Of a stretch of 32,444 nucleotides of DNA, positions 12,901 through 23,588 are shown piece after piece. This DNA is from Thelocarpon superellum (taxonomy: Eukaryota): the NCBI GenBank assembly GCA_026025795.1, contig JAPEUG010000183.1, positions 1 to 32,444 of the forward strand, read 5' to 3'. Below the pieces are notes generated by a model that was not told where the DNA came from, did no database searches, and saw nothing but the letters and a program-made list of their open reading frames with translations. The position numbers were made by a program, and so were the translations under genes. How positions within the stretch are numbered: the first letter of the stretch is position 1; every line of letters begins with the position of its first letter.

Positions 12901-15342
12901 CGGCATGACGCACCTTCTCTCCTGGTGACGATGCTCGATGCGGCAACGCATCAATGTCACGCAAACGGTGACTTCCTCGCCGCGCACTTGTACGCGAAGA
13001 CGCTCGAACAGATGCGTCGCCTGTCCTCCTCGTCCCTCTCACGCAATGGCTACGCGCCATTGCTGCATTACTTCGCTCGCGGTCCGCGCGAGACGCTGAT
13101 CAAGTCGGAGCGAGCCATGGAGGAGATGGAGGCATGGTTTGGATGGGTCGAGCAAGCGTTTGCACGTCAGGCGCAGGGGCTTGATCAATTAATGCGGCGC
13201 GTGACAGAGCTCCGGGACAAGATGTGGTACGTGACGGACGTCAAGAACTCGGCCGCCTACGAAGAAGCGCGGAACGTGGCGATCGCCCTGAAGACGATGG
13301 GTCAGGTGCCACGGGCTGGACAGGGCCGGCGCGCGGCCACATCCCGGTCCCGGAGCATGGGCAAAGCGACGACGAGCAACTTCCTGCTCAAGACGGAGAT
13401 CCAGATGGTCGATTTGATGACGGCGCCGGCGGAGCAAGGTGGGCCGTACAAATTGTCGGACGAGCAATCGGAGATGACGACCCGATGGCTCACGCAATAC
13501 GGGGTGGAGAATTTCTGCAAGGGCGAAGAGCGCATCCACCGCTTTTGCCTTGAGATAGACAAGTGCGTCAACAAGCTCGTGGGCGATGACATCCTCGAGG
13601 GACCAGTGCTGTGGTCGAGCGACCTGTTCTGGCGCGACAAGCAAGCCCTCGACCGCGGACATCATAAGGGAGACCTGCTCGTCAGCGGCATGGGCACGAT
13701 GAGCGTGGTGGGAGACGAGCGACTTGATCCCCACAGCCCCCGCGTCGGCCCTCGAGGACTCGACCTCCTCGGACGCTCCGGGCCACGTGACCTCCGGTCC
13801 TTCTCCGCCCGACTGGCGTCGCAATCGGGCCTCGACGTGGGGAAAGGGATGGTGGGCCGTGGCGGGAGTGCCGTGGACCTGATGGACTCGCAGGACTACG
13901 CCGGCATGGCTCACCATGGCGCCGGGCCAGACGCGAAGACTACCTTCTGGTCGCCCTTTCTCGCGCAAGCCGCTCCGCCCGGATCGCCGTCCAGCATCCG
14001 CTCGCGGACGGCCTCTCCGGCGCATGACGCGGTCACGTTGAAGCATGCGGGGAGCATGAAGGAAGAGAAGCGTCGCTTTCTGCTTGACCTGAAGCAGACG
14101 CTGATCGGACTCCTCCTGAGCGACATCGGGAGCCTGGTGTGGAGTCACGGCTGTGAGACGGACGCTTGGTTCTCCGGCGAGCTAGGCGAGGAGTGCATTC
14201 AACGGAAGTTGGAAAAGGAGATTCGGCGGTCGAAGCGGGCCCTGGCGCGACGCCGTAGCACTAAGAGTCTTCGTTCGGTCAAGGGCGAATCGATGGCGAG
14301 CCTGGAGCACACGGCCGATGACCTGCCGACATCCCGCGACCGGTCGACGGACGGGTCGGAACGCGCGGCGGTACCGAGCGCGGGCCGGGCGGCCTTTCCC
14401 TATCGCGAGGCATACGTACGCATCCTCCAAAAATTCTCGACGCATCCCAACCCCTTCGCGAAATTACACGCGCTCTACGAGCTTGAGCTCCTGATCGTCG
14501 CCTCTCAGGCCGCGGGTAACGGTCGGTCGTGTGGTTTGGCATCGATGTTACCAACACTGGGCTCGCTGAGTGAGCTGAGCACGCGGGAAGCGGAGGTCCA
14601 GCGCGCGCGGGCGCGCACTCTGGAAGAGACGATCGCGAACGTGGAGAGCCGACGGTCCCACACGATCGCCGCGAGCCGACCGTTGACGGCGCTTCCACGC
14701 TCGTCGGGCCTCTCATCTCCGACGGAAGGACTGGGCACGGACGCGGTCGTGGAGGTGATGCGAGGACTGTTCTGCGATGCGCAGATCCGGCCCAAGGCGC
14801 TGTTCCGCGATCTGCAATTCATCGCATCCTTCGTCCCGTTCCCGATCCTCGACCAGACGGCGTGCGGCAAGGCCTTCTGGGATGCGGGCCTGGCGGCGCT
14901 GGGGCTCAAGCAGGACGTGTGCCGGACGATGATTGAGATCGCCGACGATATCGTAGCCTATCACACCAAGCACCGGTCACTGTCACCAACGCGGCGGGCG
15001 ATGGCGGACGAGCAATCGTCGGAGCTGGCGCGATTCAGCATGGAGGATGCGGCGGGGATGTGGAGCATCACGGCCAAGGAGGGCGACGCGGTGGCGCAAC
15101 GCGAACTGGCCATCTTCTACCTCACCCATCCCGACCTCCTGGTGCGTACGACGCTCCCGCTCAGCAAGCCGCGCGATACGTTCAAGGCGCAGGTGATGAG
15201 CCAGCGAAACGAGGACCCGGTGCGCAGCGACCCGGCCACCATGTGCGTGGCGTATCATTGGATGGAGCTCAGCTCCCTGGGTGGGGACGACCTGGCACGG
15301 AAGTACCTCCGGGCGCGCGAGGAGCTGAATGCCCTGCCGTGA
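9985..15342 (+). CDS. Large (~1711 aa) protein with putative RasGAP-like N-region, VPS9-like domain and C-terminal Sel1-like repeat; exons 9985-10060, 10227-11680, 11737-15342
   Basis: ORFs 10319-11749 and 11746-15342 are joined by phase-0 intron 11681-11736 (GTAGGT, GCTCAC, TAG). The upstream exon joins via phase-1 intron 10061-10226 (GTACGT, GCTAAC, AAG). Domain calls are by motif resemblance only. Confidence 0.85.
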
Positions 15343-16467
15343 CCGTGGCCTTTTGGCTCCTCGATCATCATCCACTCTCAGCCTTCTGCATCATACACTA
15401 TAGATGACTCTCTTTGCAATTTTTCTTGGACGCGGTATGCGGGGCCATCGACGACATCAATGGGCGTTATCCTCTGGAATGAGGCGAGGAGTGGATCGGA
15501 ATAAGACGGGATGGGACCGTGCCCGTATTCAAGGATTGGGGATCGGGCACGGGCTTGATCAGGGTGCATGGATCTGGTGTCTCCTTGGGGGGGTTGGACG
15601 TTGCGGATTGCATCGCATCAGTGCGGCTGATGACGGACGGCACAGTACCGCCTGAGAGCCGTTTGCAGTGTAGTGTACATGGGAGGGAGCGCGTGTCTGT
15701 TGATACGAGATGAGCCTACGAGTATGGCATGCGGGTAAGTAATACTTACCGTAGAGTCGTCTTTCTTGCGTCGGTCCACGCAGTCCTTGACATCATGGGG
15801 CGTGGCAACGGTAAGATGGATGGCTGGATGATTGTCGCTGGTCGTGCCCGATGTTTTTGGTGCGTCTTCTCTCAGTTTCGACGTCACCCACCGAGTTGAA
15901 TTAGTCGCACGCTTGCTAGCCCGGGCACCGGCAGTAGTCCCGTTGTCGCTGCCACTCGGCGCCCGGGTTCGCCGCTCGCGCGGTCGCTGTACGCGTATCG
16001 TACGGGGTCCCTCCGCCCTGGCGTTCCGGGTCTCCCTCGCTTCTCCCGGGCCAGAGTCGGGGGTGGTGTTCGCCTAGACTCCCGCGTGCTTGCCCCACTC
16101 GGCGCCTGTTGGGTGGAAGAGTTGGTGAGATTCTTGTCCGGTGTGACGGTGACAGTACGACTCAGTCATCAGATCAAATCGTCGACACGTGGGTCGGACT
16201 CTCTGTCTACGGCGTACGGCACACCGTCAACCTTGGTTACTGTTCGCCACGTCGTGTGCCCCTTGCAAGTCATCATCGACCAGTTGTCTCTCGAGCCCAC
16301 CATCGCCAGCGTTATCATCGATCGCCATCGACCGCTCTCATTTGTTTCGAACTAACATTACCCCTCCTCGCCCAACACGAGTCTCGCGTGCCAACCCTCG
16401 ACGACGGTCCGTGACCTTGGCACTTGTCACGCCTTCCTCTCACCGCATCCCACCACCCACCAGCACC

Positions 16468-17414
16468 ATGGCGATGCATTCTCCACTCCAGTCGTCGAGC
16501 ATGGACGACCGCCGTCCCCGAGGTATCCGAGCGTGGCGCCGTGATGGTGGCCGGTGGCCGCTGGTCGTGGAAAGATGGCTGACGTCAGGTGGCCAGGCAT
16601 CCTCAAAAACGCCTCGTTCCAGTTACCAAGCCCAGGAGCGCCGCTGCAGGCATCACCGCCGACCGTGGTGGATGGGGATGTGGACATGACTGGCAAGGAT
16701 CTGACCCTCCACAACACCCTCCATAACGCCGGTCCGCGACGGTCCACGTCGCAGCCACGGCCGCCGGGCTCGCGACGACAGTCGTCGCACGCGTCCGACG
16801 CCGACACCAGTCCGCGGCTGAAGTGGGATGAAGCCAATTTGTATTTGACGGAGCAAGAGAAGAGCAGCACGATGAAAATCGACGAGCCCAAGACGCCGTA
16901 CGCCAAGAAATACGACCCGGCGGAAGACGAATCGGAAATGGCCCTTCTTCGCACCGACGACTTGGTTGTAGACGAGCTCGACCGTGCGGGCGCTTCGACC
17001 AGTCGCGCGCGCGACGATGAGATCCCCGGCCTCGAACTGGGCGAGCCCGAAGAGGCTATCCCGGTGCCCATGGACGCGCCGACGCGAGTGTCGCGCTCCA
17101 CCAGCCTCAAGGGCGAGAAGCAGGTCGTCGTCGATCCCGAGGTCGACGACGGGCTGGGTGGACATGGCGAGGGCGACCTCAGCGGCGAGGAGAGCGAGAA
17201 GCACCGACGGTTCGAGGAGATGCGAAAGCGACACTACGAAATGCGGGACGTCAAGCCTCTCCTAGGGTGCGTCTTCCTCGCATCCGCTCGGCGGGCTCAC
17301 ACTGACCCATTTGGTGATGGCAGGCACCCCGAGGAACTTGACGCGCTCGACGACGAGGATATGGATCCGATACCGTCGACGTCGACTTATGTCAACGGGG
17401 ACACGACGATGTAA
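16468..17414 (+). CDS. GLC8: Protein phosphatase 1 inhibitor-2 (Glc8/IPP-2); exons 16468-16522, 16597-17266, 17324-17414
   Basis: Splicing creates the RGILK (SILK) motif. Also RLKWDE (RVxF-like), MKIDEPKTPY and FEEMRKRHYEM, all hallmark inhibitor-2 motifs. Confidence 0.92.
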
Positions 17415-17907
17415 TGACAAGTCTCGCACGGAACGCGGGGCGCCGAACGCTCGCATGACGACGGTCTGCACGCATGGAACGATACCCTGCTTCACTGCGA
17501 CACCATGTTTACGTTCTTTTGCCTCTGCTATCACTCGTAGTACCGGTGTATCCGTCGTAAGCCCGTTGGAACGACCTCGCACATGGTCGGCGGGTCACCT
17601 CACGTTAGCCTGTGTACATCAAGATTTATTTCTCTGCATGAAGTAGTGTCTGCTCAAAGAGTATCATTTCCCAGTGAGTTCAACACAGTCACGTATTTCG
17701 TCGCTTCATCACAGGCAGCATCGGCGCTGATGATGTGTTCAGCGTCAACGTCAGCGATTCAGCCACTCTAACTTACCTGTGATGTCATCGGTCATCGCTT
17801 CTTGGCATTGCGCCACAGGCGTGCTGTCGGTCTCCAGGCTGACTACTTCTGTAGGTATCAGAGCTGAATTGCTAATCTAGGCGTACTCGGGATAGTTATA
17901 GTCGTGG

Positions 17908-17928
17908 GCACGTGACCAGATCACGTGC
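17908..17928. promoter_or_regulatory. Inverted pair of RTCACGTG E-boxes (bHLH sites)
   Basis: GCACGTGA-CCAGA-TCACGTGC, a perfect 8-bp inverted repeat containing two CACGTG. Confidence 0.5.
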
Positions 17929-18464
17929 GCGCTCCTACACTACTGGTAGTAGTCTTCTGGCTAGTCCGCACTGATGCATCTCCTATCTCCCACCCTGGTG
18001 AGCTTGATGGCCTTGCTCCGGACATTTGGTCCATCGAATCACCGTTGCTGATTCCACAAGCAGCGACTTCCCTCTGCCGTGGTCGATCTGAAGCGGCCTT
18101 GGTTACAGGACGTAGTATCCATCATCTCGGTAGCCTTTCACAAAGGGTTTCATCTCGCCCGAATACTTTGCGACTGTTTGAGCGGGGCGAAACCATCAAT
18201 GCATAGCCGCGCATGAAGTGGTCAACTATTTTTCTCAAACATCACTCGACCTCTGCACCATGGCATTGTTATCGCTCGAGCCGTGCGTTTGGGGTGTCCG
18301 GGGCTCGGCTGTTGGATCATTGGTTCCAAACGTGCTTGAGAGACGGCAGTCGAGCATGGCACAGCCAGAGGCCTCCTACATAAACGCGAGAGTCGCCGTG
18401 GCGAGACGTCGAAGTGTCCTCCTTGCTCTCATCTCACTGTAGTGTTCTGTGACATCTACACACG

Positions 18465-19095
18465 ATGCAGCTGCTCCTCTTCTCCTACTGCTTCGTTCTA
18501 GCCCGCGCGGCAGCCGTCATACCTCGAGCCAGCCTCGGACCCTTTCCCAAAGTCTATTCGGCGTCCTCGACCCCAGAATCATGCATCCAATCGATGGGAA
18601 CTGTCTGCGGGGGTCAAGCACTGGAAAATGTCACCAGCCGGCAGCATTTGGTCCTGATCAACTCGGACTCTTCCGAGTCGACGTATTCTCTCAACTACCA
18701 AGGCATGAACGACTCGTGCAAGGCACATGACGCGGACATGTTGAGGACTCAGTATAATGTGAGTGCGGCTCTCGGAAGGGGAAGGGAACGAGTACGAGGA
18801 CGAGGACGAGTACCCACCAGGGTGCCGCAGCTAACGGGAACTCGGTGGCGCTTAGGGTTCGGTGTACGGCAACGTCTTTCAAGTCGCGACTGCCTGCTCC
18901 AGCGACGGCCTCCAAGACACCATCCAAGACTCCACCGCGTCAGGGTTCAACGTAAATATTACCCGGGCGAATTTCGACACCTGGGTCGATCTAGACCCGA
19001 GTGGTCCATGTCCCGCCCGACCTCAGTACCGTCGGCTGAGTGGCGGCTTTGGAGATAACAAGACTTGTACTGCTGGGTCGTCCTCCACCTCATGA
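18465..19095 (+). CDS. Small secreted cysteine-containing protein (177 aa), unknown family; exons 18465-18758, 18856-19095
   Basis: Signal-peptide-like MQLLLFSYCFVLARAAA followed by VIPR. Phase-0 intron 18759-18855 (GTGAGT, GCTAAC, TAG). Six Cys in the mature part, several N-x-S/T sites, TACATAAA ~90 bp upstream. Confidence 0.82.
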
Positions 19096-19446
19096 GCCCC
19101 ATTCCTTGTCCTCCACCTGTCCATCAAGCGTTGAGTTGCTCCATCGGGGTTTCTGGAGAACCCTTTGTAGACCAACGTGTACAACGCATGTAGGCGCGCA
19201 AGAGATCCCAATGACAAGTATCTTCCACTACTCGTGACAGGAGTCCCTTGTTGGACAGCAACTCCATGAGTCCTTCCTCGCCCGCCACGTTGGTCGTTCA
19301 TTCGACTCGGCCACGTTTGAGCCCGGCCTCGAACGTTTTGCTTCGGTGTGCATGCGTTTCATTATGATCCCGCCACGTTTCGTCGACCGCGGTCATTCTT
19401 GGATACGGATAGCCCACTGTCCGCAAGATTGAGATCACATCCATCC

Positions 19447-21060
19447 ATGCCCACAATGACGATGATCGCGATGGACTCGTCGGAAGTCGAGCCGGTGATT
19501 TCCGACCAGGCGCAGAGGAAACTCCGCCTGGCCCACACTCCGACTTGTGTGCGTGACGGATGGCGCACGGTCTCGCGGGCCTCGTACCAAGCATCCGTGT
19601 ACAGCGACAGCGTGGTGGAGGTGCCGGAAGAGATGTACAGCGTGGAAACGGTGGAATTTCTTGGCTTCGCCGCCGAGGTGGCGTGGGAGATCTGGAAGCG
19701 GTACCGGGAGCAGGAGAAGCTGCAGCCGGACGAGGTGGAGCTGCTGGAGGTGTGCAACGATCGCGTCGACCAGGGCATGGACGCGTGCGACGACACGGAC
19801 GACTGGGACGCGGCGATGCAGAGCATGGGCATCACGGCGCAGCTCCGCGCGCGCATCCTCACCCCGGGACACGAGAACATTCGAGCGACGCAATCAGCCA
19901 AGGAGTGGGTACTGGCGACGATCAAAGAGCGGTACGGCTTCCTCTTCTCGCTCAACACATGGATCCTGCATCCGAACCTCAGCCGGGCCCTACCCGTGAC
20001 GCGACCGCCAGCCACCAAGACGGCCGAGCGCTGGGCGAATCGAGACGGACGACCTCCGCGACACCCCTCCATGCACGATCGGGCGCTGATGCTCTACAAA
20101 GGCGGCACGATGGCTCTTCTCGCGCACGCACAGCCCGGCGGGCACGCGCGACTCGAGCGGATCGCATCCCGCGGCACGCTCGACTACAGTCACGCGCCAG
20201 CGAAGCCACTGTACCTCACGCCGCAGCTCGGGGCCGCGACGGCCTTCGCGTCGTACGCGCGGGCCCGATGCGGGGCCGAGGTCCCCGTGGGCGTGCTGCA
20301 GGTCGCGGTGCCCAAGGCGCTGCTGCGCGTCGGCCGGCCCATCTCGCTCTCGCTGTTCCAGGATCTCGCGTGGTGCCACCGCGTCTACAAGACCGGCACG
20401 GACGGTATCGCGGCCGCGGCCGCGTCCGCCGGGGCCCACCCGCTCCTCGTCGGGCCCGTCCTGGCCATCAGCAACGCCACGCTGCACCGCCTCGTTCGTG
20501 ATGGCGGCGTCGTACATTCTGATCTGCGCCCGTTGAGACTGGCTGGGATTGAAGCTCAGTCGCCTTATTTCCCAGGGTCGGCGGAAGGAGATGGAGGAGG
20601 AGGAGGAGGAGGGAGGGTAAGAGAAGTGGATCATCTTCTGGATAGTCCGTGGGTGACTCGCGCGCCTCGTGATATCACTACCGCTCCGACCGGGACAGGC
20701 ACGCGCGCAGTGGGGTCCACCTCATCACCATCGTCACAGGCAGCCTCGCACGCGACGACGACGGCGACGACGACTCCAAGAGCAGGAGAAAGCAACAACA
20801 ACGTACTCCAGAGAGAGACGGGAACGGGACAAAGGAGGAATGAAAAGACGGAAGAGACGGGGGAAGAGATGAGAGACGGGAAAGGGGATGTGAAAGGGGA
20901 CGAAGTGGACATGACAAACTACATCTTTACGAACCCCGCACTGGTCGATCTCCTGAATCAGGCTTCGTCGCTGCGCCTGGCTTCGTTGCCTTTGCCAATG
21001 CCGCGGTTCGGAGGACATACCTGTGCAGCAGCGGCGGCGGGATGTGGCGAGTTTATTTGA
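19447..21060 (+). CDS. Uncharacterised protein: acidic helical N-domain + putative DUF3990/ADP-ribosyltransferase-like domain (start uncertain; ORF opens at 19348)
   Basis: 570-codon open frame with strong GC3 bias. Motifs LMLYKG, DYS..PLYLTPQ..A..FASYA, LLVGPV, NYIFTN..VDLLN. Confidence 0.75.
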   Translation: MPTMTMIAMDSSEVEPVISDQAQRKLRLAHTPTCVRDGWRTVSRASYQASVYSDSVVEVPEEMYSVETVEFLGFAAEVAWEIWKRYREQEKLQPDEVELLEVCNDRVDQGMDACDDTDDWDAAMQSMGITAQLRARILTPGHENIRATQSAKEWVLATIKERYGFLFSLNTWILHPNLSRALPVTRPPATKTAERWANRDGRPPRHPSMHDRALMLYKGGTMALLAHAQPGGHARLERIASRGTLDYSHAPAKPLYLTPQLGAATAFASYARARCGAEVPVGVLQVAVPKALLRVGRPISLSLFQDLAWCHRVYKTGTDGIAAAAASAGAHPLLVGPVLAISNATLHRLVRDGGVVHSDLRPLRLAGIEAQSPYFPGSAEGDGGGGGGGRVREVDHLLDSPWVTRAPRDITTAPTGTGTRAVGSTSSPSSQAASHATTTATTTPRAGESNNNVLQRETGTGQRRNEKTEETGEEMRDGKGDVKGDEVDMTNYIFTNPALVDLLNQASSLRLASLPLPMPRFGGHTCAAAAAGCGEFI

Positions 21061-21070
21061 CCTCCTGGTC

Positions 21071-21089
21071 CTCTCTCTCTCTCTCTCTC
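21071..21089. repeat. (CT)n microsatellite
   Basis: ctctctctctctctctctc, directly after the 21060 stop. Confidence 0.9.
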
Positions 21090-21299
21090 CTCTGTCTCTC
21101 TTGGGGTGTTGTGACATTCTTACTTCTGCCTTGCTCGAAAATATTGTTATGCTTTTGATAGCAATAGCCAGTGGCCAAGACAAGAGTAGAAGTATCCATC
21201 TCCAGCCTCAATAGACCCCATCTCCACACGTACACTCTGGTTCTCGCTACAGTATATATCCTTGTAATGATCGCACCAAGAGAATGTGTGTTAAGAAAG

Positions 21300-22669
21300 T
21301 CAATCATCGGGCGACTCGGCGATCCGCATGTTCGAAAGCGGAGAGGGGTGAGTTGTCTGTGTGGACACCAACGCTGACACTGATGCTGAAGTCGAAGTCG
21401 AAGTAGATGACAGTGTCGTCGAGCTAGTGCAGGCTGTGGAGGTAGAAGCGAATGTCGAGCTGGAAGTGCTCGTCGTCATCGTGTTACTGCGTGAAGTTGA
21501 AGTGGATCTGCTCGGTCTTCCCAGCCGCACCGAAGACGCGAACGAGGACGGCGTACCGGGGCGAAATGGACTCGTAGTCGTGCGGGATCGGTGATGGAGA
21601 TAGGCGCCCCCATAAGGCAAACACTCGGACGAAGGGGCTGGAGAAAAATAAGGCGACGAGGGTACGCTGCAGCTTCGCAGGCCGCTTGTACTCATGCTGT
21701 ATGTCATGCTGTCCGTCCGTAGACTATACGTCCGTAGACTGCTTGTTCTTGTGCCGTATACTGTGCGGCTAGTTCTGAAACACCTGTTGCTAGACTTGAG
21801 CGGGATCTGGTTGGCTGACAAAGGTGAGGAGGTGCATGGTTGGTATGCTAGTGCGTACGGCGAGGGTGGGGGATACGGCTGGGGGAAGCGGTGGCGGTAA
21901 TAGCTCCCAAGACTGTTAGGCCTGGTGTAGCATCTTGTGGGTGGGTAGAGACAAGAGGTGGAGCTGAGCCATGGATACGTCGGAAAGCTGAATGGGTCCG
22001 GTACGAGAGGCTGCGCGAGGGGTGTCTTTCGTGGCTCCCAGTCTCGTCCGAGGCGAATCACATCTTTGTATGATACTTTCTCGTTGGTTGATTCCGTGTC
22101 TTCTGCCTTTGGAGCAGACGCCGTCTCGAGGAGGACGAGGAGGGTAAGTGATGCCACGCTGTACGTTGTCAGTCCCTCGTAGGGTGATAAGACGTGGCAC
22201 GTACAGGGAGACGATTGACATTGCTACCGTCGAACGGTAGAGCATACATGCTGAACCCGAGATCCAATTAGGCCCTTCACCCATCGTACATGGGTCATGT
22301 GGCAACGTGACGGCGAGACCAGCGGCAGACGCCGCAAACCACAGGGTAGACATCAATCGAGCGAGGACACAGCATGCCGTATTGTTCCCAACTCGATCTT
22401 CGCCTCGCCTCCGAGCCTGTCGGACCGAGTGGACTGTTCTGACGTGGATGGTAACGTAGGCCATGGATAAGAGGGACTGCCTTGATGAGTACCGCTGTCA
22501 CCGCAGGAGGAGGTGATCTCACCGCTATCACTGCCAACACCTCTTGCGTATTCCTCCTCGCATCTGTCCGATGACAGAAAAGGAGATACAGGGCCGACAC
22601 CAAAGCGTACGCCGCAGTCAATGACAGCATTGAGAGACATGACCACACGAGGATAGGTATCCTGCCCAT
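21300..22669 (-). CDS. Four-TM (MARVEL-like) membrane protein with Ser/Thr/Pro-rich C-tail, ~425 aa; exons 22669-22523, 22476-22205, 22158-21300
   Basis: Three ORF segments are joined in frame by two 46-nt GT-AG introns (22477-22522, 22159-22204). Four hydrophobic stretches, with a Cys pair in the loop before TM4 (DPC..SAC). Confidence 0.78.
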
Positions 22670-23588
22670 CTCATAGATCGTGGTGATGAGCAACCACGGA
22701 CACTGGCAGCGACTCAAGACGAATCGTCATATCCAGACATCGTCAGCCGAGTTACCGACACATGGTCGTGCTGAACCCGCACGAGATCGTACAGCCAGAC
22801 GGATGGACTTGGAAGACTCGTGTCATGCACCGTCTGAAGAAAGGGTGAGGGGAGCATGGCAGCAGGGTAAGTAGTCGGATCAAGGGAGGACAGGGCCCCA
22901 ATCCAAGCTTTGGTCTGGTGAGAGACATCCATCTATGAGAGACATCGATCAAGTGCACTTGACCAGGTAAGGGATGGCGAGGAAAGGAGACGAAGACAGG
23001 GAGGATGACCAGGTCCGGTACCGTGGCCGTGACCAGGTCGTCCATCGAGGATACTCCCGAAGATGGAATGGAATGTCCTACGGCATCCGCTTACAGCAAC
23101 GTCTTACGAGTGCGTACGACAGTGGCACGGTGTGAAAGAACCGTGTCAGAGGAACAAGTGGAATAGTCCCCGCGATGACCGGGAGTGAAGAAGCGAGGAG
23201 TTGAGTCGGTGAGTATCGCTTACTCCTAGCCGACAAAGCGGGCAAACCCCCTTTCTACTCGTTTCCGTACGAGCCGAGCTCCCCGGCACCCAGCGACGTA
23301 TTGGACGTTCGGCGACGCGGCATGCATCGCCTGCGTATGGAGACCATGATCCGTGCCACTCCGCATACGAACTCTCGCCGTGATCATGTTTAAAGGGTAG
23401 TCTCCGTCAAGGGTGCAGGAGTAGGAGGTGTGGGATTACAAACAAGAGTAGGGTAACGAAGAGCGCGGTAGAAAGGAAAGGAAGAGGATGCAAACAAGAG
23501 TAGGAGAAGACAAGAAGGCAAGCAATTCCAAACCAGGGGAAACGGCCGCAATGGTCATCAAGTCGCCAATCCACCCGCTTCGCCGCCT

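Noticed and set aside
13189..14148. 319-aa antisense ORF, and similar shadow ORFs over APM1, the oxidoreductase, GLC8, the coiled-coil gene, RTT109 and CFD1
   Set aside because: Expected artefacts of GC3-rich coding strands.
15742..15760. ATACTTACC resembling the U1 snRNA 5' end
   Set aside because: The downstream sequence lacks the CUGG continuation and recognisable U1 stem-loops or Sm site.
19560..20501. 313-aa alternative-frame ORF within the ART-like gene
   Set aside because: Arg/Gly/Ala-rich composition typical of off-frame reading in high-GC genes.
23155..23200. GAATAGTCCCCG resembling RNase MRP CR-I
   Set aside because: No matching CR-V/P4 partner found downstream.
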